Shown here piece by piece: positions 18,679-29,359 of a stretch of DNA of 64,000 bases. This DNA is from Gammaproteobacteria bacterium (lineage in GTDB: Bacteria; Pseudomonadota; Gammaproteobacteria; UBA4575): positions 736,001 through 800,000 of the forward strand of contig CBDEUS010000001.1 in assembly GCA_965243395.1 (NCBI GenBank), read 5' to 3'. A model generated the notes under the pieces. The model was not told the origin of the DNA, made no database searches, and saw nothing but the letters and a program-made list of their open reading frames with translations. The position numbers and the translations under genes were made by a program. How positions within the stretch are numbered: position 1 is the stretch's first letter; every line of letters begins with the position of its first letter.

Positions 18679-21600
18679 TTAAGCAGCTTGTTTTAGTTGT
18701 AGATCATTTAATAGATTCACAATTGTGTCAATTCGTTCCTCAATATTCTCTGTTTCTGTGTAAATTGTTAGTTTTTCAGAGCCATCAAGCTTATAGGTCT
18801 CGGGTTGCTCCAGAATTAATTCTAATATTTTTGTGGTATCAATATTTGGTGATTTGCCAAAGTGAATGCGTGCTGTTTCATGGCTCATTTCTATCCTGGA
18901 AACTCCAAAATCACTTGCTAACAGTTTAAGATGAGTAACGCGGAATAGGTTTTTAGCAAATTCTGGTAACAATCCATATCGATCAATTAGTTCAATTTCT
19001 AAATCATCCAGATCATCATCGCTCTTGGCGCTGGCAATGCGTTTATACATTACCAACCTGGCATGTATGTCAGGTAAATAATCGTCTGGTATCAAAGCCG
19101 GGACGCCGAGATTTACTTCAATTCCATGGTCCATAGGCTGGTCGAGATCAGGTATTTCTCCTGCTTTCAGTGCTTCAACGGCTCTGGCCAGAAGTTCATT
19201 ATATAAAGTGAAACCTACTTCATGAATTTGACCACTTTGCTCAGCACCTAATAGCTCTCCCGCACCCCGAATTTCAAGGTCATGTGTTGCGAGAGTGAAG
19301 CCCACACCTAAATCTTCTAACGATTCAATTGCCTCAAGACGTTTAACTGCGTCTGCTGTCATGGCTGGTTTGGGGGGAGCAATGAGATAGGCATATGCAC
19401 GGTGATGAGAGCGGCCGACACGACCACGGATCTGGTGCAATTGTGAAAGGCCTAGCTTATCTGCGCGATTGATAATTATAGTATTCGCTGTTGGGATATC
19501 GATTCCGTTTTCAATAATAGTTGTGCAAACTAAAATGCTGAAACGTTGATGATAAAAGTCAAGCATCACTTGTTCTAGTTCTCGTTCAGGCATTTGTCCG
19601 TGTGCGATACGAATTGTGTTATCAGGTAAAAGTTGTTGAATATCTTTAGCTACTTTTTCAATTGTTTTAACTTCATTATGTAAGAAAAATACTTGCCCGC
19701 CTCGTTTCATTTCGCGCATACAGGCTTCTTGAATCATGGTGTTATTCCAGGTACCTACAAATGTTTTAATTGCAAGACGTAGATTAGGAGGTGTAGCAAT
19801 AATTGACAGATCACGTAAACCACTCAATGACATGTTTAAAGTTCTCGGAATAGGAGTTGCTGTTAAAGTTAACACGTCAACTTCGGTGCGCATTTTCTTT
19901 AAAATTTCTTTTTGACGAACTCCAAAACGTTGTTCTTCGTCAACAACAATAAGTCCTAAATTTTTAAACTTAATGGCAGAATTAAAAAGTTTATGTGTAC
20001 CAATGACAATATCGACACTGCCTTTTTCTAATCCTGCTAATACTTCTTTTTGTTTTTTTGCTGGTACAAATCTGGATAAAGTTTCTATTTGTATAGGTAA
20101 ATCTGCAAAGCGATCATTAAAGCTTTGAAAATGTTGTGAGCTTAAAAGAGTAGTGGGTACTAATACAGCAACTTGTTTACCAGCATTAGCTGCTATAAAT
20201 GCTGCACGCATCGCCACTTCAGTTTTGCCAAAACCCACATCACCACATACTACGCGATCCATCGGACGAGAAGATTCCATATCACTCATTACGTCTTCAA
20301 TTGCTTTTAGCTGATCAGGAGTTTCTTCATAGGGGAAGCTGTTGCTAAATGCATTGAACTCAATGGCATCTATTTTATAAATAAAGCCTTGTTTGGCTTC
20401 GCGTCTTGAATAAATATCTAACAACTCTGCCGCTACATCACGCGCACGTTTTGCTGCACGGCGTTTTATGTTTCTCCAGGCATCTCCGCCTAAGTGATGT
20501 AAGGGTGCATTCTCTTCAGATGCTCCACTGTACCTGCTAACCAAATGCAATGACGACACGGGCACATACAAAATATCGCCATCTGCATATTCAAGAATAA
20601 GAAATTCGGTATCTGTGCCACTTAAGCTAAGCGTTTTTAATCCTTTGTAGCGACCCACGCCATGATCTTCGTGTACAACCGGAGAACCTTCACTCAGGTC
20701 AGATAAGTTTTTGATTAGAGATTCGGCATCGCGTATCTGTCTGCGGCGACGTCTCTTTTGCTTTGCTTTGGCACCGAATAAATTACTTTCAGAAATTATG
20801 GCAATATTTTCTTGCTCTAGTAACAGACCATCATCGATTGGTCCAATAGTAATGGCCAACGAAAAATTATTTTCAAGAAATTCATTCCATGAGTCGACGA
20901 TAGTTGGCGTTATATTAAAACCTTTAAGGACATCCAAGATGTATTCACGTCGACCTGCTGATTCAGCTAAAAATAATATTTTTTTATTGCTCGACTGGAT
21001 GAAACGTAACAGCTCGCTTGCGGGATCTTTGATTCTCGAATTAATAGTAAGAGTAGGTAGGGCGTGAGCATCAAAGTTGTATTGATCACGGTGTAATTGT
21101 TCTATTTCATATTGTTGAATTTTAATCGTATTGAATTTATAAAGATTCTTTTCAAAAAAATCTGTCGAAATCCAAAGTTGTTTTGGGTGAAGAGGAGGTC
21201 TTTCTAAATCGTATTTTCGTTGTTCGTATCTGTAGAAAACATCGTTTTCAAAATCTGTGGCAATATCCGGAATATCTTCGATCATTACTAATTGAGTGTT
21301 CTCTGGAATGTAATCAAAGAAGGTGCTTGTTTCTTCGCAGAACAATGGCAGGTAATATTCAATGCCAGCAGGGAGATTATTGTTACTAACCCCACGGTAA
21401 ATCACACTTTTGTTGGGATCGCCTTCAAACTGAATACGGTAATTTTGTCTAAATCTTTTGACGGCATCGTCGTCGGTTGGAAATTCGCGTGCAGGTAAAA
21501 CCTGAAATTCGTTTATTTTTTCTATAGAAACTTGTGTTTCTGGATTGAATATACGAATTGTTTCGATTTCATCATCAAACAAATCAATTCGATAGGGTTG

Positions 21601-22134
21601 GTTAGATCCCATTGGAAACAAATCAATGATTGAACCGCGCACGGCAAATTCGCCATGACTCATTACTTGAGATACGTATTGATAACCTGCCTTGGCAAGT
21701 GTTTGTTTGAAGGTTTCTAAGTGAAGCTGATCATTTACTTTTAGATCTAATGTCTGACCTAATATGAAGTCTTTTGAAGCCAGTCGGGATAATATAGTGC
21801 CTGCAGATATAATAAGTGCACCTTGTTGAGTGTTCGGTAATGCACTTAGAGCCAGAATACGGTCAGAAATAATATCCTCATGCGGTGAAAAAACATCATA
21901 AGCGAGTGTTTCAGTATCAGGAAAAAGGTAAACATCTATTTTTTGATCACAAAAAAACTTTAATTCACTTTCCAGTATGTGCGCGCTTTGAATATCAGGT
22001 GCAATAATCAAGGTGAGCCCCATAAATTGCTCAATCGCTTTTGCGAGCGCTAAACCTTTGCTGCATCCATAAGTGCGTCCCCAAGTTACATGGGAATGCT
22101 CTTTACAAGGAAGAGGTGGGTTAAAAATACTCAT
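18679..22134 (-). CDS. mfd: transcription-repair coupling factor
   Basis: UvrB-like N-terminus, CGDVGFGKTEVAMRAAF, DEEQRFG, TATPIPRT, TRCF C-terminus. Confidence 0.99.
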   Translation of the reverse strand: MSIFNPPLPCKEHSHVTWGRTYGCSKGLALAKAIEQFMGLTLIIAPDIQSAHILESELKFFCDQKIDVYLFPDTETLAYDVFSPHEDIISDRILALSALPNTQQGALIISAGTILSRLASKDFILGQTLDLKVNDQLHLETFKQTLAKAGYQYVSQVMSHGEFAVRGSIIDLFPMGSNQPYRIDLFDDEIETIRIFNPETQVSIEKINEFQVLPAREFPTDDDAVKRFRQNYRIQFEGDPNKSVIYRGVSNNNLPAGIEYYLPLFCEETSTFFDYIPENTQLVMIEDIPDIATDFENDVFYRYEQRKYDLERPPLHPKQLWISTDFFEKNLYKFNTIKIQQYEIEQLHRDQYNFDAHALPTLTINSRIKDPASELLRFIQSSNKKILFLAESAGRREYILDVLKGFNITPTIVDSWNEFLENNFSLAITIGPIDDGLLLEQENIAIISESNLFGAKAKQKRRRRRQIRDAESLIKNLSDLSEGSPVVHEDHGVGRYKGLKTLSLSGTDTEFLILEYADGDILYVPVSSLHLVSRYSGASEENAPLHHLGGDAWRNIKRRAAKRARDVAAELLDIYSRREAKQGFIYKIDAIEFNAFSNSFPYEETPDQLKAIEDVMSDMESSRPMDRVVCGDVGFGKTEVAMRAAFIAANAGKQVAVLVPTTLLSSQHFQSFNDRFADLPIQIETLSRFVPAKKQKEVLAGLEKGSVDIVIGTHKLFNSAIKFKNLGLIVVDEEQRFGVRQKEILKKMRTEVDVLTLTATPIPRTLNMSLSGLRDLSIIATPPNLRLAIKTFVGTWNNTMIQEACMREMKRGGQVFFLHNEVKTIEKVAKDIQQLLPDNTIRIAHGQMPERELEQVMLDFYHQRFSILVCTTIIENGIDIPTANTIIINRADKLGLSQLHQIRGRVGRSHHRAYAYLIAPPKPAMTADAVKRLEAIESLEDLGVGFTLATHDLEIRGAGELLGAEQSGQIHEVGFTLYNELLARAVEALKAGEIPDLDQPMDHGIEVNLGVPALIPDDYLPDIHARLVMYKRIASAKSDDDLDDLEIELIDRYGLLPEFAKNLFRVTHLKLLASDFGVSRIEMSHETARIHFGKSPNIDTTKILELILEQPETYKLDGSEKLTIYTETENIEERIDTIVNLLNDLQLKQAA

Positions 22135-22383
22135 ATTGTGCTGGACAACTTAAGAATAAAGTTTGGCTAAATTGGGCGGCTATGGGCTAAAAGGCACGAC
22201 ATTCTACTCATTGTACGAATAGGCTTAAACCTTGAATTTGCAGTAAATAATCTTCCATGCTGATCGCCTATCATCGACCTAAGGCTATCATTCGTCGCTT
22301 CTAAGCCGCCACGTGTTAAGATCTCTGTGTAATTAATGAGTTACCCATCTTAACCTATATTTTTCCTTAACTATTAGAAAGCT

Positions 22384-23022
22384 ATGCGCACAGAGGAGGT
22401 AAGCGTACTCAGGGCACTTGATTTGAAGTGTGTAAAGGGCAGTACAGAACTATTCTCCGATATTCATTTCCAAATTGAATCGGGTGAAGCTTTAGTTGTA
22501 GAAGGCAGTAATGGCAGTGGTAAAACCAGCCTGTTAAGGATTCTGTGTGGTTTTAATTATCCTGCAGAAGGCGAAATAAGCTGGTGCGGAAAACCAATAG
22601 ATGGGCATGAAGATTATCAGCAGCAAATTTCGTATATAGGGCATGCTTCCGGAGTTAAGTTAGATTTAACAGTCTTAGAGAATTTGATGTTTGCGCAGCG
22701 ATTAGTGGGTTCTGATCGAGAAGAGAGTGAAGTTAAAAACATAATTCGTTCTGTCGGACTGTTTAAGCAACGTAATGTGTTGACACGAAAGCTATCTGCA
22801 GGCCAAAAACGTAGAGTGGCATTGGCACGCTTACAGTTGGAAGAAAGGAAACTATGGATTTTAGATGAACCCCTTACTGCTTTAGATAAAGATTTTGTAA
22901 CTGATTTTGAAAACGTTTTGAAAAAACATTTAGAAGATAACGGCATGTTAGTGGTAACCACACATCGTGAGTTATTACTTCCCGATGCTCTAACGAAGCG
23001 AATTAAATTATCTACATCATAA
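22384..23022 (+). CDS. ccmA: heme exporter ATPase CcmA
   Basis: GSNGSGKTSLLRILCG, LSAGQKRRVALARL, WILDEP. Confidence 0.96.
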   Translation: MRTEEVSVLRALDLKCVKGSTELFSDIHFQIESGEALVVEGSNGSGKTSLLRILCGFNYPAEGEISWCGKPIDGHEDYQQQISYIGHASGVKLDLTVLENLMFAQRLVGSDREESEVKNIIRSVGLFKQRNVLTRKLSAGQKRRVALARLQLEERKLWILDEPLTALDKDFVTDFENVLKKHLEDNGMLVVTTHRELLLPDALTKRIKLSTS

Positions 23023-23025
23023 ACA

Positions 23026-23694
23026 ATGTTAAGTGCACTTATAACTATTATCAGACGCGACTTGCTTGTAGCATTCAGGCGTCGTGCAGAATTAGTCAAC
23101 CCAATTCTATTTTATGTAATTGTTATAACATTATTTCCATTGGGCGTGAGCCCTGATCATGAGTTTCTCAGTAAGCTTGCACCCGGTGTTGTATGGGTAG
23201 CCGCTTTACTTGCAGCACTTATTTCGATGGAAAGTATATTTCGCCAGGATTTTGATGACGGGAGTGTTGAGCAATTGTTTTTAAGTCAACATCCGCCCAC
23301 TTTATTGATATTAGGAAAGGTTATCGCACATTGGTTGATTACGGGCCTACCTATGTTGGTGATTGTGCCCCTTATGGCTTTACTCTTATATATACCTGAA
23401 CAAGCTATTCCTACTTTATTCTTCACTGTATTAATCGGCACACCGATACTCAGCTTAATTGGCGCTATTGGGGTTGCGCTTACAGCGGGATTGCGCGGTG
23501 GAGGTGTACTGTTGGGCTTATTAGTATTGCCACTATATATACCCGTTTTGATTTTTGCCTCTGCTGCTGTGAGTACTGCGATAGAAGGATTGCCATCTTC
23601 TGGACATTTAGCAATGCTGGGGTCAGGTTTAATTCTGGCACTTATATTAGCTCCGCTTGCTATTAGTGCTTCATTAAAAATTAGTATGAATTAG
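23026..23694 (+). CDS. ccmB: heme exporter permease CcmB
   Basis: FRQDFDDGSVEQ, LPLYIPVLIF. Confidence 0.96.
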   Translation: MLSALITIIRRDLLVAFRRRAELVNPILFYVIVITLFPLGVSPDHEFLSKLAPGVVWVAALLAALISMESIFRQDFDDGSVEQLFLSQHPPTLLILGKVIAHWLITGLPMLVIVPLMALLLYIPEQAIPTLFFTVLIGTPILSLIGAIGVALTAGLRGGGVLLGLLVLPLYIPVLIFASAAVSTAIEGLPSSGHLAMLGSGLILALILAPLAISASLKISMN

Positions 23695-23696
23695 TT

Positions 23697-24434
23697 ATGT
23701 GGGCATGGTTTCATAAATTATCTTCGCCAAAGTACTACTACGAGTGGGCAGGCAAATGGCTGCCATGGTTGTCCAGCATAACCGTTATCTTAATGGTTGT
23801 TGGTCTTTATTGGGGATTGGTGATTGCACCCACGGATTATCAGCAGGGTGAGTCTTACAGGATCATCTATATACATGTGCCCGCGGCATGGATGTCTATG
23901 TTTGTTTACGTGGTTATGGCTGTTGCTGGATTTGTAGCTTTGGTATGGAAAACAAAAATTTCAGAAATCGTCGTGTCAGAGTGCGCAGTTATTGGTGCTA
24001 TGTTTACAGCACTAGCACTTATTACAGGAATGTTGTGGGGTAAACCCACATGGGGTACTTATTGGACGTGGGATGCAAGACTTACTTCTGAATTAATTTT
24101 ATTATTTTTGTATTTTGGTGTCATCGCGCTTTATTCCTCTATAGAAGATAAGCGTGTGGCGGCAAAAGCGGCTAGCATGTTAGCTATTGTCGGGGTGGTA
24201 AATATTCCAATCATTCATTATTCCGTAACATGGTGGAATTCTTTGCATCAACCCAATATGGACATTATCTCAGACAAACCCTCTATGGATCCAAGTATGT
24301 TGTGGCCACTATTGGTTATGGCTACTGCATTTAAAATTTATTTTGTTTGGTTGTTATTCATTCGTATTCGAAATGAGATTATTTCTCGAGAACGCTCTAC
24401 TAATTGGGTCAGAAAGTTAATTGCGGAGAGTTAA
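23697..24434 (+). CDS. ccmC: heme exporter CcmC
   Basis: YIHVPAAW, WWD motif WGKPTWGTYWTWDARLT. Confidence 0.97.
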   Translation: MWAWFHKLSSPKYYYEWAGKWLPWLSSITVILMVVGLYWGLVIAPTDYQQGESYRIIYIHVPAAWMSMFVYVVMAVAGFVALVWKTKISEIVVSECAVIGAMFTALALITGMLWGKPTWGTYWTWDARLTSELILLFLYFGVIALYSSIEDKRVAAKAASMLAIVGVVNIPIIHYSVTWWNSLHQPNMDIISDKPSMDPSMLWPLLVMATAFKIYFVWLLFIRIRNEIISRERSTNWVRKLIAES

Positions 24435-24436
24435 TT

Positions 24437-24586
24437 ATGCAAGAATTTTTCTACATGGATGGTAAATGGATGTTTGTATGGGGTTCTTATGGAATTACAT
24501 TTGTGGCGATGGTGTTCAGCATTGTTTTTGCCAGTCGTCGCAAGAAACAACTTGCTAGAGAAATTGAAGAGAGTCTTGAAGAATAG
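24437..24586 (+). CDS. ccmD: heme exporter CcmD
   Basis: MQEFFYMDGKWMFVWGSYG, single TM plus basic tail, between ccmC and ccmE. Confidence 0.88.
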   Translation: MQEFFYMDGKWMFVWGSYGITFVAMVFSIVFASRRKKQLAREIEESLEE

Positions 24587-24597
24587 GAATTATTTTA

Positions 24598-25059
24598 ATG
24601 AGAGCGAAAAGAAAACAACGTTTAATATTTGTCACTATTCTCTTACTTGGATTCAGTGCGGCAACAGCACTTGGAGTTTATGCTATACAAAAAAATAAAA
24701 CCTACTTTCATACCCCGGCAGAATTTGCTGCAGGAACTGTTCCTCAAGATCAACTTATTAGAGTAGGTGGCCTGGTGGTAGAAGGAAGTGTGAATCGTTT
24801 TAATGATGGCGTTACAACTGAATTTGATTTAACGGATACTACAGGCACTGTAACTGTGCGTTATAAAGGTCTGCTACCCGATTTATTTAGAGAAGGTCAG
24901 GGCATTGTAGCGCAGGGTAAATTGAATAATGAGGGCATTATTGTTGCTCAAGAAGTTTTAGCTAAACATGATGAAAACTATATGCCGCCTGAGGTTGCAG
25001 AAGCATTGAAAGCTTCAGGTGCTTCACACCCTGAAAACATTCCTAAGAATAACTATTAA
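24598..25059 (+). CDS. ccmE: heme chaperone CcmE
   Basis: LPDLFREGQG, LAKHDENYMPPE. Confidence 0.97.
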   Translation: MRAKRKQRLIFVTILLLGFSAATALGVYAIQKNKTYFHTPAEFAAGTVPQDQLIRVGGLVVEGSVNRFNDGVTTEFDLTDTTGTVTVRYKGLLPDLFREGQGIVAQGKLNNEGIIVAQEVLAKHDENYMPPEVAEALKASGASHPENIPKNNY

Positions 25060-25076
25060 TAACACGATCGTCATTT

Positions 25077-27074
25077 ATGATTCCTGAAATTGGACATTTC
25101 GCGTTAGTAATCGCTCTTTGTTTAGCGCTTGTGCAAACAATCGTTCCTATTCTAGGTGCACAAACACAAACCAGCCAATGGATGGCTGTGGCAAAGCCGG
25201 TTGCTCGTGGTCATTTTCTCTTTCTAATTATTTCTTACGCTTGCTTAACTTATAGTTTTATAAAGTCAGATTTTTCAGTTTTGTACGTGGCGAATAATTC
25301 GAATACTGCCTTGCCTATATACTATAAAATTTCTGCTGTTTGGGGTGCACATGAAGGCTCGTTATTGCTTTGGGTGTTAATGTTAGGTGCGTGGACCTAT
25401 GCAGTGACCATTTTTAGTCGTAGCTTGCCAAATGACATGGTGGCACGTGTAATAGGCATCATGGGTTTTGTAAGTGTTGGGTTTCTTTTATTTACATTGC
25501 TTACTTCTAATCCATTTGAAAGAATTTTCCCTGTTCCATTTGAAGGCCGAGATTTAAATCCATTGTTGCAGGACCCAGGGTTAGTTATTCATCCTCCTAT
25601 GCTGTATATGGGATATGTAGGATTCTCAGTCGCCTTTGCATTTGCAATTGCTGCCCTGCTAGGCGGCAAATTGGATTCAGCGTGGGCACGCTGGTCGCGC
25701 CCCTGGGTTACATTTGCTTGGGTTTTCTTAACCATTGGAATCACATTAGGAAGCTGGTGGGCTTATCACGAACTCGGCTGGGGTGGCTGGTGGTTCTGGG
25801 ATCCGGTAGAAAATGCCTCGTTTATGCCTTGGTTAGTTGGCACTGCATTAATTCATTCACTAGCCGTTACGGAGAAACGTTCCAGTTTTAAAAACTGGAC
25901 GGTATTGCTTGCAATATTAGCGTTTTCATTAAGCTTGTTAGGTACTTTCTTGGTTCGCTCGGGTGTCTTGGTATCAGTACATGCGTTTGCAACAGACCCT
26001 GCGCGCGGTGTGTACATCCTAATGTTCCTAGCTGTTGTTATAGGGGGTTCTTTATTGCTGTATGCAATCCGTGCACCAAAAATTAAATCTATTGGACAGT
26101 TTGAGTTAGTGTCACGCGAGACAGCATTGTTACTTAACAATGTGCTCTTGTTGGTAGCCATGTTCACTATCTTAGTGGGCACGTTATATCCATTGTTTTT
26201 AGATGCAATGAATGCTGGGAAAATTTCTGTTGGACCACCATACTTCAATGCAGTGTTTGTACCATTAATGTTGCCATTAGTGTTGGTAGTAGGAGTCGGG
26301 CCTTTTTTGAGATGGAAAAAAGCAACTCTTGCTGACACGTTAAAAAAATTAATTAAAATTTTTATTATTGGGTTAATTATTGGAATTGGATTGCCATTTT
26401 TAATAGCTGGCAAGACATCAATACTTGTTGTCCTAGGTATTACATTAGGAGGTTGGTCTATTTTTTCTGCAGTCTATTATTTACTTAAGAATTTAAAGCG
26501 TAGTGACTCTAAACAGAGTGCAATACAACACCTTAAAAAAATTCCTCGTGCGACTTATGGAATGACGCTAGCGCATATCGGCATAGGAATTTTTGTGTTT
26601 GGTGTTACGTTTGTAAATGCTTTCGAACAGGAAAAAGAATTGCCGATGAAAGTTGGTGAGAAAGTAGAAATGGCAGGCTATGAGTTTAGGTTCAATGGCG
26701 TAAGAACAGTACAAGGACCTAATTATTCATCTAAGATGGGGTCAATAGATGTGTATAAAAACAATAAACCTGTGGCTAAACTTTTCCCTGAAAAGCGTAC
26801 ATATCTGGTACAACAAAACCCTATGACTGAGGCTGGGATTGATAGCGGGTTCTTGAGAGACGTATATGTTTCATTGGGTGAACAAATAAATAATGAAGCA
26901 TGGGGAGTACGTCTGTATTACAAACCTTTTATTCAATGGATTTGGTTGGGTGCAGGTTTGATGGCATTAGGTGGTCTACTTGCCGCACTAGATCGTCGCT
27001 ATCGCCTTAAAATAAAACGTGAGAAGGTGGAGCAATCTGTTAAGAGCAAAGAAGCCGCAATAGCTACTTCTTAA
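25077..27074 (+). CDS. ccmF: heme lyase CcmF
   Basis: MIPEIGH, HPPMLYMG, WGGWWFWDPVENASFMPW. Confidence 0.98.
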   Translation: MIPEIGHFALVIALCLALVQTIVPILGAQTQTSQWMAVAKPVARGHFLFLIISYACLTYSFIKSDFSVLYVANNSNTALPIYYKISAVWGAHEGSLLLWVLMLGAWTYAVTIFSRSLPNDMVARVIGIMGFVSVGFLLFTLLTSNPFERIFPVPFEGRDLNPLLQDPGLVIHPPMLYMGYVGFSVAFAFAIAALLGGKLDSAWARWSRPWVTFAWVFLTIGITLGSWWAYHELGWGGWWFWDPVENASFMPWLVGTALIHSLAVTEKRSSFKNWTVLLAILAFSLSLLGTFLVRSGVLVSVHAFATDPARGVYILMFLAVVIGGSLLLYAIRAPKIKSIGQFELVSRETALLLNNVLLLVAMFTILVGTLYPLFLDAMNAGKISVGPPYFNAVFVPLMLPLVLVVGVGPFLRWKKATLADTLKKLIKIFIIGLIIGIGLPFLIAGKTSILVVLGITLGGWSIFSAVYYLLKNLKRSDSKQSAIQHLKKIPRATYGMTLAHIGIGIFVFGVTFVNAFEQEKELPMKVGEKVEMAGYEFRFNGVRTVQGPNYSSKMGSIDVYKNNKPVAKLFPEKRTYLVQQNPMTEAGIDSGFLRDVYVSLGEQINNEAWGVRLYYKPFIQWIWLGAGLMALGGLLAALDRRYRLKIKREKVEQSVKSKEAAIATS

Positions 27075-27083
27075 AGAATTAAT

Positions 27084-27617
27084 ATGTTCAAGTATCTTCT
27101 TCCGGTTATATTATTTTTTGTGTTATGTGGATTTTTATTTATCGGGCTTTATAAAGATCCATCAAAAGTTGATTCTCCACTAATAGGTAAACCCGCTCCT
27201 GAATTTTCGTTACCAAGGCTTGAACAACCCAATGATCTTATATCTGAAAAAGAATTTCTTGGGAAAGTATCTATATTGAATGTTTGGGGGACTTGGTGCT
27301 TTGCTTGTAAACAAGAACATCATATTTTACTGGATTTGGCAAAAAGAAATGTAGCACCTATATATGGACTTAATTATAAGGATGATACCGAACAGGCAAA
27401 AATGTATTTGCGAGATTTTGGAAATCCTTTTGTGAGTAATGCGGTAGATCAGTCAGGAAGGGTTGCGATTGATTGGGGTGTTTATGGAGCACCCGAGACA
27501 TTCATTTTGGACAAAAAAGGAATTATACGACACAAACACATAGGACCTCTTACTATAGAAGATGTTGAGGGCGAAATACTACCTCTTATTCAAAACTTGA
27601 AAAATGAAGCATCATAG
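27084..27617 (+). CDS. ccmG: thiol:disulfide interchange protein CcmG/DsbE
   Basis: WGTWCFACKQEH, GVYGAPETF. Confidence 0.96.
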   Translation: MFKYLLPVILFFVLCGFLFIGLYKDPSKVDSPLIGKPAPEFSLPRLEQPNDLISEKEFLGKVSILNVWGTWCFACKQEHHILLDLAKRNVAPIYGLNYKDDTEQAKMYLRDFGNPFVSNAVDQSGRVAIDWGVYGAPETFILDKKGIIRHKHIGPLTIEDVEGEILPLIQNLKNEAS

Positions 27618-28068
27618 AGTTTGTCAATTCATATTTGCAATAAGCATTGCATTGGCTTTTCAGTTTGCAAGCGCTGAACTGATAACGGTAGCCCCTGAGC
27701 ATGAAGAACGTTACCACGAGTTGTTAAGCGAATTGAGATGTCTGGTGTGTCAAAACCAGACTATTGAAGAATCAAATTCTGAATTGGCCATCGATTTGCG
27801 TTTGGAAGTCAACAAAATGTTGATGCAAGGTGCTACGGATCAAGAAATTATTGATTTTATGGCGGATCGATACGGTGATTTTGTTTTATACAGACCACTT
27901 GTACAGCCTAAGACCTATTTATTATGGTTTGGTCCCTTTGTTTTTTTGGCAATAGTTTTATTGCTTGTATTAATATTTCTGAAAAAACATAAACCTACTT
28001 CGAGCGCACAGCTTTCAGATGATGAAAAACAAAAGCTCGACTCAATATTAAAACAAACTAAAAAATAA
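27604..28068 (+). CDS. ccmH: cytochrome c biogenesis protein CcmH
   Basis: LRCLVCQNQ, RYGDFVLYRP. Confidence 0.95.
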   Translation: MKHHRVCQFIFAISIALAFQFASAELITVAPEHEERYHELLSELRCLVCQNQTIEESNSELAIDLRLEVNKMLMQGATDQEIIDFMADRYGDFVLYRPLVQPKTYLLWFGPFVFLAIVLLLVLIFLKKHKPTSSAQLSDDEKQKLDSILKQTKK

Positions 28069-28073
28069 ACTAA

Positions 28074-29315
28074 ATGGCTATTTTTTGGATTATATGTAGT
28101 TTATTAATTATTGTTGCATTAATCATTGTAATGCCTGCATTGCTTTCTAAAGAAACAGCAAAAGATATAGATCGTAAAAAAATCAATCGAACGGTTTTTG
28201 AAAAAAAATTAATTGAACTTGAAAATGATCGAAATAATGACTTGATTGATCAAGAGCAGTATTTGATTGCTAAAACGGATCTTGAAAGGTCATTGCTGGA
28301 CGACTTAGAAAACCAACAAGAATTAACCGTTAAAACAAATAATAAGTTATTACCTATAATTGTTCTAATAGCGCTTCCTGTTGTTTCTGTATTTACCTAT
28401 TTAAAACTTGAAAACGGACTACAATCGTTAGATCCGGAATTTGAAAATACCCTCGCAGCGCAACAATCTGGCCAACCTGCTTCGATTGAAGAGGCTATAT
28501 CAAAACTAGAAGAAAAAGCAGAAAAAGATCCAGACAATCTTGAAAATTGGAATATGTTAGGTAGGTCTTATTTGGTTACCAAACGATTTGATGACGCGGT
28601 GAAAGCCTACTCAAAGGCAAATGAAATAACAAATGGCGCAGATCCTAATATTCTAGTTTCATATGGCGAAGCGAAGGTTTTTGCAGCAGAAAATAAGTTT
28701 GACGAAGATTCTATGTCTTTATTTTCGAAAGCATTACAAATACAGCCGAACAATGAACGTGGACTTTGGTATGCAGGAATGGCTGCTTACCAATTACAAG
28801 ATTATAAACAGTCTGTGGAATATTGGGAGAAGTTGATCCAACAGGTACCTGATGACCAGGCAGAAGTTAGGACAGCTCTTGGTAAGTATTTAGATGATGC
28901 AAAGCAAAAAGCCGGAATTGAAATTGCAGAAGCAACTGAATCAAGTTCTGAGTCATCAGATAACAATAAAGCAAAGGTTGTAGTGAACGTTTCTTTAAGT
29001 GATGAACTGCTCAAAAATACTGTGAACTCTGACACACTGTTTATTTACGCGAGAGCTATGAATGGTCCGAAAATGCCTTTAGCCCTAGTTAAAATGACCG
29101 CTGGAGATCTGCCTACTACTGTAACCCTGGATGATTCTGTTTCAATGATGCCTAGCATGACCTTATCCAGCATGGACCAGGTTGAGATTATCGCTAGAAT
29201 TTCTAAGTCAGGACAAGCGGTTATGCAAACTGGGGACAAATTTGGAAGCGTTCAGTCTGTGAGTACGAATCAGTCTGAGACAGTGGATGTTGTGATAAGT
29301 GAGTTAGTGCCTTAG
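28074..29315 (+). CDS. ccmI: cytochrome c biogenesis TPR protein CcmI/CycH
   Basis: N-terminal TM, TPR repeats, C-terminal GPKMPLA...ARISKSG domain. Confidence 0.93.
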   Translation: MAIFWIICSLLIIVALIIVMPALLSKETAKDIDRKKINRTVFEKKLIELENDRNNDLIDQEQYLIAKTDLERSLLDDLENQQELTVKTNNKLLPIIVLIALPVVSVFTYLKLENGLQSLDPEFENTLAAQQSGQPASIEEAISKLEEKAEKDPDNLENWNMLGRSYLVTKRFDDAVKAYSKANEITNGADPNILVSYGEAKVFAAENKFDEDSMSLFSKALQIQPNNERGLWYAGMAAYQLQDYKQSVEYWEKLIQQVPDDQAEVRTALGKYLDDAKQKAGIEIAEATESSSESSDNNKAKVVVNVSLSDELLKNTVNSDTLFIYARAMNGPKMPLALVKMTAGDLPTTVTLDDSVSMMPSMTLSSMDQVEIIARISKSGQAVMQTGDKFGSVQSVSTNQSETVDVVISELVP

Positions 29316-29359
29316 TTATTTTTGTCTAACTCTCTTTAAATTAAGGATAATTAGGGAGT